DNA from: an uncultured Ezakiella sp.
GTDB lineage: Bacteria > Bacillota > Clostridia > Tissierellales > Peptoniphilaceae
Direction: 5' to 3'
Assembly (NCBI GenBank): GCA_947293975.1
Contig: CAMYPV010000001.1
Coordinates: 1 to 55,683, forward strand
DNA length: 55,683 nucleotides
Notes under the pieces: model-generated
Told to the model about the DNA's origin: nothing
What the model saw: the letters and a program-made list of their open reading frames with translations, nothing else
Databases searched by the model: none
Position numbers and translations under genes: made by a program
Part shown: piece by piece, positions 22,502 through 32,886 of the stretch
Numbering within the stretch: the stretch's first letter is position 1
Layout: every line of letters starts with the position of its first letter

Positions 22502-25500
22502 CTATTCTTCATAAAACTCTACGTCGTCGTTGTCTTCACTTTCAGTCTCAATTAGACTATCGAGGCTATATTCTCCTTCTTCGTTTACATCCTCTTCGTC
22601 ATAATCAACTCCTAGTGTGCTCATTTCTTTTGTGATTGAATTTAAGTCTGATGGCTCGTCATCAAGATCATCCTTAAGTTCAACCTCGTTTTTATTTTCA
22701 TCCAACACTTTAACATCAAGTGCTAGAGATTGTAATTCTTTAATTAAAACCTTAAAGCTTTCTGGTACGCCAGGGTTAGGAATGTTTTCACCCTTAACAA
22801 TAGCTTCGTAAGTCTTTACACGTCCAACAATATCGTCAGATTTTACAGTTAGCATTTCTTGAAGAACATGGCTTGCACCGTAACCTTCAAGAGCCCAAAC
22901 TTCCATCTCACCAAATCTTTGTCCACCAAATTGAGCCTTACCTCCAAGAGGTTGTTGTGTAACAAGAGAATATGGTCCTGTTGAACGAGCGTGAATTTTC
23001 TCATCAACCATGTGATGCAATTTTAGCATATACATGTATCCAACAGTTGCCGGATTGTCAAATTCTTCTCCAGTCCTACCATCTCTAAGTCTAATCATAC
23101 CACTTCTTGGATATCCTGCTTTTTCAAGCGCATCCATAATGTCGTTTTCATTAGCACCATCAAATACTGGAGTAGCAATGTGTATGCCTAATTTTTTTGC
23201 TGCCAAACCTAAGTGAACCTCTAAAACTTGTCCCAAGTTCATACGAGATGGTATACCTTGAGGATTCAAGACAATTTGTACGGGTGTACCGTCTGGTAAA
23301 TATGGCATATCTTCTTCCGGTAAAATTCTTGAAATAACACCCTTGTTACCGTGACGACCGCACATTTTGTCACCAACCATGATTTTTCTCTTTGTAGCAA
23401 CATATACTCTAACTGTTCTATTTACTCCTGGTGGCAATTCGTCGCCAGCAGCTCTTGTATAGCTTCTAACATCAACTACAATACCCGTTTCACCATGAGG
23501 AACCTTTAAAGAAGTATCTCTAACCTCTCTTGCTTTTTCGCCGAAGATTGCTCTTAAAAGTCTTTCTTCAGGAACTAACTCTGTTTCTCCCTTTGGTGTG
23601 ACCTTACCAACCAAAATATCTCCACTTGTTACTTCGGCACCAACCCTGACAATACCTTCTTCATCAAGATCTTTTAGCATATCATCGCCAACATTTGGAA
23701 TATCTCTTGTAATTTCTTCAGGTCCTAGTTTTGTATCACGAGAATCTATTTCATACTCTTCAATGTGAACAGATGTAAAGACGTCATCTACAACTAATTT
23801 TTCATTAATTAAAATAGCGTCTTCGTAGTTATAACCTTCCCAGGTCATAAATGCAATCAGAATGTTTTTGCCAATAGCCATTTCACCCATTTCAGTTGAT
23901 GGACCATCAGCAATAACATCGCCCGCCTTAACTTCTTCACCCTCTTTTACGATAGGTCTTTGGTTAATCGTCGTACCTGAGTTTGAACGTCTAAATTTAT
24001 CTATTTCATAAACATGTTTTTTGTTCTTTTTATCTTTAATAACAATTGTCTTTGCATCAACAGAATCGACAACACCATCTTCTTTTGCAACCTCAACAAC
24101 ACCTGAGTCTACTGCTGCCTTATACTCAATACCAGTACCAATGACAGGAGCTTCTGTTGTAATTAGAGGAACGGCTTGACGTTGCATGTTTGCACCCATC
24201 AACGCACGGTTAGCGTCGTCGTTTTCAAGGAATGGAATAGAAGCTGTACCAACAGCAACAATTTGCCTTGGTGAAACGTCCATGTAATCGATATCTTCTT
24301 TTTTAAATATATCAATTACACCCTTCTTACCTCTAGCGATAACTCTATCATGAACAAAGCTGTGATTTTCATCAAGCTCTTCATTAGCTTGAGCAATAAT
24401 CATTTTGTCTTCAACATCCGCCATCAAATAATCAATTTCGTTCGTAACAATCCCCTCAGGTTTTTTAACCTTTCTATATGGAGCCTCGATAAAACCGTAT
24501 TCATTTATACGAGCAAATGTTGTAAGCGATGTCATAAGCCCGATATTTGGACCTTCTGGAGTTTCGATAGGACACATTCTACCATAGTGTGAGTTGTGAA
24601 CGTCACGAACCTCAAAGCTTGCTCTATCTCTTGATAGACCACCTGGTCCAAGAGCTGACATCTTTCTCTTATGTGTCAATTCTGAAAGCGGATTAGTTTG
24701 ATCCATAAATTGTGACAACTGTGATGAACCAAAGAATTCCTTCATAGCAGCAACAACAGGTCTAATATTTATAAGAGCTTGTGGAGTAGCATAGTCCATA
24801 TCTTGAATAGTCATACGCTCTCTTACAACTCTTTCCATTCTTGCAAGACCAATTCTAAATTGATTTTGTAAAAGTTCGCCTACTGATCTAATACGTCTGT
24901 TGCCCAAGTGGTCAATGTCATCAACATTACCAACTCCATCAAACAACAAGCATGCATAGTTAACTGATGCAATAAAATCTTGCACTTCAATATGTTTTGG
25001 ATAAAGTAATCTTATGTTTTTTCTAACAGCTTCTTCTAAGTCTTCTTTAGTTTTAATCGACTCGTCTGCTAGAATGCTTTCCATAACAGGATAGTTAACT
25101 TTTTCTTTAACACCCAAGGCTTCAAGATCTACCCTATCTTTATATACATTAACATCAACAAAGTGGTTTCCAACAACCTTTAATTCTTTGCCTTCGTGTA
25201 AAATATAAACCGAATTGATGCCCGCATCTTCAATTTGTTTTGCTTGAGCTTTGTCTAGAACTGCACCAGCTTCAAAAAGAACCTCGCCAGTATTAAAATC
25301 AACAACATCACGAGCTATAGTGCAACCATTTATTCTATTTGCCAAACCTAATTTCTTATTAAAAGTATATCTGCCAACCTTAGCTAAATCATATCTCTTA
25401 TAGTCAAAGAACATATTGTAAAGCAAACTAGTTGCAGACTCTTCAGTAGCAGGTTCACCTGGTCTGAGTTTTTTATAAATTTCTAGTACGGCATCAGATT

Positions 25501-26182
25501 TATTTTCCGCAACATCTTTTTCAAATGTCTTTCTAAGCACTTCAAAATCACCGACAGCTTCGATAATATCATCATCGCTCTCGATTTCAAACGCTCTTAG
25601 TAGTGTTGTAACAGGGACTTTTCGTGTTCTATCTACACGAACACTTAATGTTCCTGTTGTATCTGTTTCAAATTCAAGCCAAGCTCCTCTATTAGGAATG
25701 AGCTGTGAAGAAATTAAAACATTACCATTCTTATCATATTCGCTTGCAAAATAAGCGCCAGGGCTTCTAACCAATTGACTTACAATAACACGCTCTGCAC
25801 CATTTATAACAAAAGAACCAGTCTTCGTCATAATAGGAAGATCGCCCATGAAAACCTCTTGTTCTTTTACTTCGCCAGTTTCTTTATTAATAAGTCTAAC
25901 TTTCGCCCTCAAACCTGCCGAGTAATTTGCATCTCTAAGCCTTGCTTCTGTTTCAGAATATTTAAACTCATCATCAAGCTTATAATCAACAAATTCTAAA
26001 ATCAAGTTCCCAGCATAGTCTTCTATAGGACTAATGTCATTAAAGACCTCTTTAATGCCCTCTTCTAAAAACCATTTAAAAGAAGAAGTTTGAACTTCTA
26101 GAAGATTAGGTAAATCTAATGCCTCTTCGATTCTAGAATAACTCATCCTTGTTCTCTTGCCGTATTTAACAGGATGTACCAT
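22502..26182 (-). CDS. rpoB: DNA-directed RNA polymerase subunit beta
   Basis: [38 protein letters not shown]; start MVHP. Confidence 0.99.
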   Translation of the reverse strand: MVHPVKYGKRTRMSYSRIEEALDLPNLLEVQTSSFKWFLEEGIKEVFNDISPIEDYAGNLILEFVDYKLDDEFKYSETEARLRDANYSAGLRAKVRLINKETGEVKEQEVFMGDLPIMTKTGSFVINGAERVIVSQLVRSPGAYFASEYDKNGNVLISSQLIPNRGAWLEFETDTTGTLSVRVDRTRKVPVTTLLRAFEIESDDDIIEAVGDFEVLRKTFEKDVAENKSDAVLEIYKKLRPGEPATEESATSLLYNMFFDYKRYDLAKVGRYTFNKKLGLANRINGCTIARDVVDFNTGEVLFEAGAVLDKAQAKQIEDAGINSVYILHEGKELKVVGNHFVDVNVYKDRVDLEALGVKEKVNYPVMESILADESIKTKEDLEEAVRKNIRLLYPKHIEVQDFIASVNYACLLFDGVGNVDDIDHLGNRRIRSVGELLQNQFRIGLARMERVVRERMTIQDMDYATPQALINIRPVVAAMKEFFGSSQLSQFMDQTNPLSELTHKRKMSALGPGGLSRDRASFEVRDVHNSHYGRMCPIETPEGPNIGLMTSLTTFARINEYGFIEAPYRKVKKPEGIVTNEIDYLMADVEDKMIIAQANEELDENHSFVHDRVIARGKKGVIDIFKKEDIDYMDVSPRQIVAVGTASIPFLENDDANRALMGANMQRQAVPLITTEAPVIGTGIEYKAAVDSGVVEVAKEDGVVDSVDAKTIVIKDKKNKKHVYEIDKFRRSNSGTTINQRPIVKEGEEVKAGDVIADGPSTEMGEMAIGKNILIAFMTWEGYNYEDAILINEKLVVDDVFTSVHIEEYEIDSRDTKLGPEEITRDIPNVGDDMLKDLDEEGIVRVGAEVTSGDILVGKVTPKGETELVPEERLLRAIFGEKAREVRDTSLKVPHGETGIVVDVRSYTRAAGDELPPGVNRTVRVYVATKRKIMVGDKMCGRHGNKGVISRILPEEDMPYLPDGTPVQIVLNPQGIPSRMNLGQVLEVHLGLAAKKLGIHIATPVFDGANENDIMDALEKAGYPRSGMIRLRDGRTGEEFDNPATVGYMYMLKLHHMVDEKIHARSTGPYSLVTQQPLGGKAQFGGQRFGEMEVWALEGYGASHVLQEMLTVKSDDIVGRVKTYEAIVKGENIPNPGVPESFKVLIKELQSLALDVKVLDENKNEVELKDDLDDEPSDLNSITKEMSTLGVDYDEEDVNEEGEYSLDSLIETESEDNDDVEFYEE

Positions 26183-26369
26183 TATGCACCTCACCTCTCA
26201 CAAAATTATAACCAAAAGATAATCTTTTGGAGTAAACCATCGCGGACATCTAAAAATGGCGATATGTATCCACTTTTAGTGTATCATCTATTTATGATAA
26301 CATATATAAAAAAAAATTGCAATACTTTTTGAAGTTTTTTTATAATTTTTTTATTAAAAACTTGGCTAC

Positions 26370-26398
26370 AAAAAAACCATGCAATATATTGCATGGTT
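26370..26398 (-). terminator. Terminator after the GNAT gene
   Basis: AACCATGCAATATATTGCATGGTT palindrome with T-tract on minus strand. Confidence 0.75.
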
Positions 26399-26403
26399 AA
26401 ATC

Positions 26404-27537
26404 TTACAGTTTTTTTTCATATACTCGATAAGTCTTGCTTATTTTTGCGCCAGCTTTTAATATGTCATTTAACATTGGCATATTATAATCCCAAATTGTA
26501 CTTCCTTCTACTTTTTTATAATTCTTTTTAAGCGCACGTTTTAATGTTTCAAAATACATTGCCTGTGTTACGCCTTTGTTTCTATACTCAGGAACTACAA
26601 ACAAAACAAATACTCTTAATTGATCGATAAGTCTTTTATAATATAAAAATTTCATGATTGCGATTGGACTTGTCTTTCCATTCATTTTCTTTTGTGCTTG
26701 ATTGTAATCTGGCATAGTAATATTAAATGCAATTGGCTCGTCATTTTCATTTCTTGCAATAAATATTAAATCAGAATCTGCAAAAGGTCTCATAGCGTCG
26801 ACCATTTTTTGAATTTCATCCATGCTTGGCGGCATAAAATCGATCCAGTCTTCATTTCTTGGCATGCCCTTGTCCATAATTTCCATTATGTCCTCAACAT
26901 CTTTTTGTATATTTTTCTTGTCAAGCCTTATATTATCCAGTCTGAATTTATATTTCTTCATTGCGTAAGGAATTATTTTCTCATATCTTTCAACCATTAC
27001 ATCATCTGGTTCTATTTCAAATGCATAGCAGTCGTGATATTTTTTAAAACCTGAATTTTCTACCTGATCATTATAATATTTAAAATTATAAACATTTTGA
27101 ATTGTTGGCGGCTCATTAAAATTATCCAACAAAAAGCCCCGGTTATCATCTCCGCCAGGAAGCGACATAGGTCCTTTAATAAGATTAGAGCCTTTTTGTT
27201 TTGCCCAAGTTGTGGCGTATTCAAATAGTTTTCTTGACACAGCTTCATCATTGATACATTCATATTGTGAAAAATAAGAGTCTTTTATTTTATGATACTC
27301 ATTTAATTCTTCATTTATTCCCACTAAAATACGCCCTACTGTTTTTCCATCTTGCTTTGCGATAAACATTTGGTATTCGCCAACTATTCCAACGGCAGAT
27401 GTCTTTCCAGTTACATATTTTTTGTATTCATTAATCAGAGGTGGAACCCAATTTGGATCATCCTTATAAAGATCAAATGGCAATTTTACAAACTCATTCA
27501 AATCTTCTCGAGTTTTTACAGGAATTACATCTATCAT
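26404..27537 (-). CDS. GNAT-fold N-acyltransferase (YghO / bacterial ceramide synthase-like family)
   Basis: FVKLPFDLYKDDPNWVPPL, VGRI, IKGPMS, MPDYNQ, VVPEYRNKGV, KTYRVYEK. Confidence 0.7.
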   Translation of the reverse strand: MIDVIPVKTREDLNEFVKLPFDLYKDDPNWVPPLINEYKKYVTGKTSAVGIVGEYQMFIAKQDGKTVGRILVGINEELNEYHKIKDSYFSQYECINDEAVSRKLFEYATTWAKQKGSNLIKGPMSLPGGDDNRGFLLDNFNEPPTIQNVYNFKYYNDQVENSGFKKYHDCYAFEIEPDDVMVERYEKIIPYAMKKYKFRLDNIRLDKKNIQKDVEDIMEIMDKGMPRNEDWIDFMPPSMDEIQKMVDAMRPFADSDLIFIARNENDEPIAFNITMPDYNQAQKKMNGKTSPIAIMKFLYYKRLIDQLRVFVLFVVPEYRNKGVTQAMYFETLKRALKKNYKKVEGSTIWDYNMPMLNDILKAGAKISKTYRVYEKKL

Positions 27538-28472
27538 TTTTCCCCTCCTATTATCGAGAGTGTGCTTTCTGGCAAAAATTTGCTAAAATCCTTCCCCTCT
27601 TCGATAAGTTTTCTGACTTTTGAAGCTGAAATTATTTCATCTTCAACTGCCTTTCGTCTTACAACCATAAGTTTGAAGTTTTCGTTTTCACGTTTTTTTA
27701 ATTCTTCGTTATAAATCTGAGTCAGCTTGTCGTAAGGCTCATCGCCTACATATCTTTGCCTTATGCCCAAATCTTTCGCAATTCTATTTACGAATATCTC
27801 AGCATCCAAACTTGCATGAGCTCTTGCTACATCTGTATCATCTTTTAAGAAATAACTTGGAAATGTCATATCAGAAATAATAAATTTTCCACCAGGCATA
27901 ACCTCAACCCATATATCTTGTAATCCGTCTTCAACCATCTTAAATCGCTCTTCAAATGTAAATTTACTTTTGTTCGCTTCAACAACAAAAACTATAACAT
28001 TTGAAATTCTCTGTGCTGCATACTCAACCAAATATCTATGACCTTTTGTAAATGGATTTGCATTCATAACTATACATGCATTAAATTTACCAGCATCGTT
28101 TACCCGATTAATAAACTCGTTATATTCGTCAAAATTGTCAGCAACAAGTAACATTTTGTCTGTCTTTGCAAAAGTTTTATACGAAAGAGAGTTAAACATC
28201 GATTCGTATTCTGGCTTTGTAAAAATATACGTCGTCTTAAAACCTTTTGACAATAACTCATCCTTAATATGGCTAATTATTTTTGGCAAAAAGCCTTCTT
28301 CACGATAATCTGCATCTACCGCCAACAATTTGATAACATTATCTTTGTATGCACCAGTAGCAATTATCTTTCCATCGTCTCTTATAGCAAAGTATTCATC
28401 CGATTTCTCAAAATGTAGGTTTTGATTTTCTAAAAATTTTATATACGCCTCTTTTTCAAAATCTAAATTCAT
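27534..28472 (-). CDS. citC: [Citrate (pro-3S)-lyase] ligase-like protein
   Basis: N-terminal GNAT-like domain, VMNANPFTKGHRYL, IISDMTFPSYFLK, RYVGDEP, ISASKVR. Confidence 0.85.
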   Translation of the reverse strand: MNLDFEKEAYIKFLENQNLHFEKSDEYFAIRDDGKIIATGAYKDNVIKLLAVDADYREEGFLPKIISHIKDELLSKGFKTTYIFTKPEYESMFNSLSYKTFAKTDKMLLVADNFDEYNEFINRVNDAGKFNACIVMNANPFTKGHRYLVEYAAQRISNVIVFVVEANKSKFTFEERFKMVEDGLQDIWVEVMPGGKFIISDMTFPSYFLKDDTDVARAHASLDAEIFVNRIAKDLGIRQRYVGDEPYDKLTQIYNEELKKRENENFKLMVVRRKAVEDEIISASKVRKLIEEGKDFSKFLPESTLSIIGGEK

Positions 28473-28492
28473 ACTTACTCTATCAATAGCTG

Positions 28493-29320
28493 TTATAGAA
28501 ATACGACCACCCCTCCCTCTTCAGCATATGTCGAAGACAGACCTTTCATCTGTGTGATTTCAACAATTCTATCCGGAAAAATTTCCAGCAATTTATTTTT
28601 TAATTCTATGGCTGCATCAATTGCATTTGCTTGAGAAATTACAATCGCATACTTAGCGCCTGCGCTCCCAAGCTCTTTGCATTTTTTAACCAACGAATTT
28701 ATAGTCTTTTTAATGCCACGTTCAATTGAAAGTGGTGTAATTTTTCCTTCTTTATTTCTTGCAATCATCTTAATATTTAAAATTCTTGAAAGTTTGCCAG
28801 CAATTTTAGGAATTCTGCCATTGCGTGCCAAGTTTGTCAATGATGAAAGAGCAATTAGAGTAATTGAACTTTCCTTTTGTGACTCAACATACTCAACAAT
28901 TTCCTCGAAACTTTTATTTTGCTCATTTAAATTCTCAATCATAAGAGCAATTCCCGTTTCGCCAGAAGTTGCAGACATAGAATCAAAAACATGTACCTTT
29001 GCATTTGGATTTTTTTCAAGATACATTTCCTTGGCAATCATTGCCGATTGATATGTGCCACTCAATTGACTCGTAAGAGTTACAATAAAAATCTCATCGC
29101 CATTCATACATCTAAAAAAATCATCGGGAGAAGGACAAGCTGTTCTGATTGCATCTTTTGAATTTTCCATAGTCATAAGAAAATCTTCAATGTCTAAATT
29201 TTCATTATCTATAAACTCTGTGCCATCCATAGTAATTTTAAACGGCACAATGGACACATCCATAGATTTTATCATACCATCATTTAATTCACAAGATGAA
29301 TCTACTATTAACTGTCTCAT
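28493..29320 (-). CDS. DegV family fatty-acid-binding protein
   Basis: IVDSSCEL, TACPSP, TLTSQLSGTYQSA, VFDSMS, NLARNGRI. Confidence 0.9.
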   Translation of the reverse strand: MRQLIVDSSCELNDGMIKSMDVSIVPFKITMDGTEFIDNENLDIEDFLMTMENSKDAIRTACPSPDDFFRCMNGDEIFIVTLTSQLSGTYQSAMIAKEMYLEKNPNAKVHVFDSMSATSGETGIALMIENLNEQNKSFEEIVEYVESQKESSITLIALSSLTNLARNGRIPKIAGKLSRILNIKMIARNKEGKITPLSIERGIKKTINSLVKKCKELGSAGAKYAIVISQANAIDAAIELKNKLLEIFPDRIVEITQMKGLSSTYAEEGGVVVFL

Positions 29321-30648
29321 TATTTATCTTCCTCCTCAATAATTTTTTTCAAATTATTTGCCTCGTTTAGAATTTTTTCGGCATCCATACCTTCTATCAT
29401 TATTCTAACGAACTTTTCTGTGCCTGATGGTCTTATTATAATTCTAAAATCAGGATTTTCATCAATCAATTTAGAAATTGCATCTTGAATGTTTTTGTTT
29501 TCTTTGTATGTCTTTTTTAGATTGTCAGAAGCGTTGGCATTTATAAGAACCTGTGGATAATCTGTGTATTGTTTTCCAATGACAGATGATTTTTCGCCAG
29601 ATCTTTGAAGCATATCAACAATTAATATAGCCGTTTGCAAGCCGTCGCCCATTGTCAAATGCTCAAGGAATATAATATGACCAGATTGTTCTCCGCCCAA
29701 AATATATCCGTTTTGTCTCATGCCCTCCATTACATATTTATCGCCAACATCTGCTCTAAACAATTTAATATCGTTTTCATTTAAATGTTTTTCAAAAGCT
29801 CCGTTACTCATGCTTGTTGTTACAACACCACCGTTGTTTAACATGCCATCAGCTTTTAATTTTTTTGCAGCATACGCAATAATATGATCGCCATCTAATA
29901 CATTTCCATTTTCATCAGAAAATATTACCCTGTCTGCATCGCCATCAAATGCTATGCCTATGTCACATAAATTTTCTTTTGTTAATCTTGCAACAACTTC
30001 AGGGCAAGTTGAGCCAGTATTATCATTAATATATCTGCCATTACCTTCACAGTTTATAGAAATAACCTTTGCTCCTAGCTCTTCAAAAACTTTTGGTGCA
30101 ATATTGCTCATTACACCATTTCCTGCGTCAATTGCAATCTTCAAACCTTTAAAGCCTTTTTCGGTTAGCCTTTCAAGATGAACCATATAATCGTTAATAA
30201 GTTTTTCGGCATTATTAAATTTGCCAATTTTATCTCCATCTAAAGTTTCTTTGCCTAAATTGTCACAAATGTTTTCAATTGCAATCTCTTGGTCATCTGA
30301 CAATTTAAAACCATCAGCACCAATCAATTTAATTCCATTATATATATAATGGTTATGACTTGCAGAAATCATAACACCCATTCCGTATCCATGCATTCTT
30401 GTAAGATATGCAACTCCCGGAGTTGATATAATACCAAGCTCATCAACGCTCACACCCTCTGCAATTAAACCTGCCGTAATTGAACACATAAACATTGGCG
30501 ATGACAATCTTGTATCCATGCCAACCAAAACTTTTTTATTCCCATCTAAATATTGTCCAATGGCTCTACCTAATCTATATGCAAACTCATTTGTAAGCTC
30601 TGTATTTGCAATTCCTCTTACTCCATCTGTGCCAAAATATTTCTTCAT
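29320..30648 (-). CDS. glmM: Phosphoglucosamine mutase (internal start within the fused ORF)
   Basis: KYFGTDGVRG, MISASHN phosphoserine loop, FDGDADR, GGEQSGH, RPSGTE; ATG at 30648 has its own GGAGG SD. Confidence 0.9.
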   Translation of the reverse strand: MKKYFGTDGVRGIANTELTNEFAYRLGRAIGQYLDGNKKVLVGMDTRLSSPMFMCSITAGLIAEGVSVDELGIISTPGVAYLTRMHGYGMGVMISASHNHYIYNGIKLIGADGFKLSDDQEIAIENICDNLGKETLDGDKIGKFNNAEKLINDYMVHLERLTEKGFKGLKIAIDAGNGVMSNIAPKVFEELGAKVISINCEGNGRYINDNTGSTCPEVVARLTKENLCDIGIAFDGDADRVIFSDENGNVLDGDHIIAYAAKKLKADGMLNNGGVVTTSMSNGAFEKHLNENDIKLFRADVGDKYVMEGMRQNGYILGGEQSGHIIFLEHLTMGDGLQTAILIVDMLQRSGEKSSVIGKQYTDYPQVLINANASDNLKKTYKENKNIQDAISKLIDENPDFRIIIRPSGTEKFVRIMIEGMDAEKILNEANNLKKIIEEEDK

Positions 30649-31950
30649 ATTTCCTCCGTTTAAAAAGTCTTTAGCAAGCTTTAAATAAACATTCTTATCG
30701 TCAGGCATGCCAAGATCTCTCATCTCGCTAAATCGCTTAAGCAACTTGCCAATATTAGGCCCTTCATCAAAGCCTAGCTTAATTAAATCTCCTCCGTTAA
30801 TGTCGATATGTTTGTTATAGAGATTTAAACTTTCTTTATCAATATTATCTAACATTTTCAATATTTTGTCAATTTTTTCAAGCGAATCACCGCTCGCAGA
30901 AATCGAATCCGCACGAACAAAGCTCAAAAAATTATATATGCCATCCCCAATCCTTTGCTTCAACTTTCTAATCCCTTTTATACCAATATTTGGATCAACA
31001 GTCATATGGTTTTTAATGAAATTAGAGGATTCATCGACAATGCTATTTGAATATTTCAATCGATGCAAGATTTTTCTTGCAGTCTTTGCAGACTCAATAT
31101 CATGACCATAATAATGCGCCACGCCATCATCAAAAATCTCCCTTGTGCTTGGCTTTTCAATATCATGAAGAAGAGCTGCAAGCCTTGTAGATAAATCTTT
31201 GTTAGAATATTTTATAACCCTAATCATATGATTATACAAGTCGTATTTGTGATGATTGTTAAGTTGATCGTAATCGTATGTCAATTTATATTCAGGAATA
31301 ATAATCTCAAGTATACCTGAATTTCTCAAAAGATTCATTCCATAAACTACATTATCTGACAATAAAATCTTATCGAATTCATCTCGAATTCTCTCGGTAG
31401 AAATTCTTTTAATTAATTCTCTATTTTTTCTAATCGAATAAAAAGTACGTTTCTCAATTTTAAAATTTAATTGGCATGCAAAGCGAATGGCGCGCATCAT
31501 TCTCAACGCGTCTTCGCGAAATCTTTTGTCAGGATTATTTACAGTTCGTACAACTCTTTTGTTTATATCATCCATACCACCGAACAAATCAACGAAACGC
31601 CCATGTCTATCCATTGCAATTGCATTTATCGTAAAATCTCGCCTACACAAATCGTCTTTTATATTGCGCGAGAAAAAAACCTTTGCAGGCCTCCTTGCAT
31701 CTTCATACTTCGACTCCAATCTATACGGTGTAATCTCTACTCCAGAAACTGTGACTGTTCCCATTTTTTTATTTACCATTATTCCTGATGGAAAAATTTT
31801 TAATATCTCCTTTGGGTTAAGAGATGTCGTTATGTCATAATCGTGGATTTTTCTTTTTAAAATAAAATCACGCACAGCTCCACCAACAATATACGCCGAA
31901 TTGTTGCTCGATTCAATTTTGTTTAAAATTGCTAAAACTTTTTTGTCCAT
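29320..31950 (-). CDS. cca: In-frame fusion: CCA tRNA nucleotidyltransferase with HD domain (aa 1-434) plus phosphoglucosamine mutase (aa 435-876)
   Basis: VGGAVRD, DYDITT, RRDFTINA, EDALRMMRA, LLHDIEKP, then MKKYFGTDGVRG with no intervening stop codon. Confidence 0.85.
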   Translation of the reverse strand: MDKKVLAILNKIESSNNSAYIVGGAVRDFILKRKIHDYDITTSLNPKEILKIFPSGIMVNKKMGTVTVSGVEITPYRLESKYEDARRPAKVFFSRNIKDDLCRRDFTINAIAMDRHGRFVDLFGGMDDINKRVVRTVNNPDKRFREDALRMMRAIRFACQLNFKIEKRTFYSIRKNRELIKRISTERIRDEFDKILLSDNVVYGMNLLRNSGILEIIIPEYKLTYDYDQLNNHHKYDLYNHMIRVIKYSNKDLSTRLAALLHDIEKPSTREIFDDGVAHYYGHDIESAKTARKILHRLKYSNSIVDESSNFIKNHMTVDPNIGIKGIRKLKQRIGDGIYNFLSFVRADSISASGDSLEKIDKILKMLDNIDKESLNLYNKHIDINGGDLIKLGFDEGPNIGKLLKRFSEMRDLGMPDDKNVYLKLAKDFLNGGNMKKYFGTDGVRGIANTELTNEFAYRLGRAIGQYLDGNKKVLVGMDTRLSSPMFMCSITAGLIAEGVSVDELGIISTPGVAYLTRMHGYGMGVMISASHNHYIYNGIKLIGADGFKLSDDQEIAIENICDNLGKETLDGDKIGKFNNAEKLINDYMVHLERLTEKGFKGLKIAIDAGNGVMSNIAPKVFEELGAKVISINCEGNGRYINDNTGSTCPEVVARLTKENLCDIGIAFDGDADRVIFSDENGNVLDGDHIIAYAAKKLKADGMLNNGGVVTTSMSNGAFEKHLNENDIKLFRADVGDKYVMEGMRQNGYILGGEQSGHIIFLEHLTMGDGLQTAILIVDMLQRSGEKSSVIGKQYTDYPQVLINANASDNLKKTYKENKNIQDAISKLIDENPDFRIIIRPSGTEKFVRIMIEGMDAEKILNEANNLKKIIEEEDK

Positions 31951-31977
31951 AATTAATTATACCCAGTCTATTTCAAT

Positions 31978-32004
31978 AAAAAAACTCGCCCATTAAGAGC
32001 GAGT
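31978..32004 (-). terminator. Terminator after ribU
   Basis: ACTCGC...GCGAGT stem plus T7 on minus strand. Confidence 0.7.
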
Positions 32005-32011
32005 CTATCAA

Positions 32012-32641
32012 TTAATTTACTGCGTAATATATAACTAATGCAGATACAAGTAGCAGTGCAGATATCCATGCAACTTGAAATACATTAATTGTTTTAACAT
32101 CTTCGTTTTCTATGCCCACAATTCTTTGTAATCTTGGCACCAATGGTAATGTTATAAATGTTAGCGCTGAGTTTACAAGACCTTTAAAAAGATTAAATGG
32201 TAAAATTGCACTGAATAATAATTCTAGAACCTTTTCAACTGGCACCTTCATATAAATTGGTGTTATGACAATATTCCATGCAAGCATAATCACTGTCATA
32301 GTAATAATACTTATAAATAATGCAAACAAAGTTCTCTTTGCATCTCTTCTGTCTTTTACAAGTACAGATAGCGGAATAACAAATGCAGCGCTCGCGATTA
32401 TGTTCATAAAAAATCCTAAAAGCCCGGTGCTACTTACCGTAAACATTTCCACCAAGCAAACCACTAGTGCTACTAAGAGTGATGGCACAAGGCCAAACAC
32501 AAGTGATGTTGTGGCAAGAATAAAATCTTTTGGATCGAATTTCAAAAATAAAACGATTGGAATTCTACCAAATACCATGACCACATAGCTGATCGCTGCG
32601 CACATTGCAAGTGCTGTAAGTTTTCTTGTTGATAATTTCAT
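32012..32641 (-). CDS. ribU: ECF transporter S component, riboflavin (RibU-like)
   Basis: FLKFDPKD, ILPFNLFKG motifs, about 6 TM helices, downstream of an FMN riboswitch; start MKLSTRK after AGGAGG. Confidence 0.82.
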   Translation of the reverse strand: MKLSTRKLTALAMCAAISYVVMVFGRIPIVLFLKFDPKDFILATTSLVFGLVPSLLVALVVCLVEMFTVSSTGLLGFFMNIIASAAFVIPLSVLVKDRRDAKRTLFALFISIITMTVIMLAWNIVITPIYMKVPVEKVLELLFSAILPFNLFKGLVNSALTFITLPLVPRLQRIVGIENEDVKTINVFQVAWISALLLVSALVIYYAVN

Positions 32642-32670
32642 CTTCATTTCCTCCTTTGATTTAGGGCAAT

Positions 32671-32696
32671 AAAAAAACCCCAATAATACAAGGGGA
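32671..32696 (-). terminator. Riboswitch expression-platform terminator
   Basis: CCCC-N10-GGGG-T7 on minus strand directly after the aptamer. Confidence 0.65.
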
Positions 32697-32810
32697 TCTC
32701 TTCTCACATCCGGACTATAACCGTCGGTACAGGAATCACACCTGTTCTGCGTACAAACGCTCGTGGACTTTACCACCGGTAAAGGAATTACACCTCCCCC
32801 TGAAGACAGT
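32697..32810 (-). ncRNA. FMN riboswitch (RFN element)
   Basis: Minus strand TCTTCAGGGGGAGGTGTAATTCC...ACCGGTGGTAAAGTCCACGA...GGTGTGATTCC...CCGACGGTTATAGTCCGGATGTGAGAAGA matches the RFN consensus. Confidence 0.93.
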
Positions 32811-32813
32811 CTC

Positions 32814-32842
32814 ATTCTAACACAAGTTTTTTTAATTGTCAA
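32814..32842 (-). promoter_or_regulatory. Sigma-A promoter of the FMN riboswitch/ribU
   Basis: TTGACA-N17-TAGAAT. Confidence 0.8.
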
Positions 32843-32886
32843 TAAAAAAATCCCACGCACATAAAATGCGTGAGATTAAGTCTTAA

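Noticed and set aside
32642..32860. N-terminal extension of the 282-aa ORF in the track
   Set aside because: It runs through the promoter, FMN aptamer and terminator; a strong SD marks the real start at 32641.
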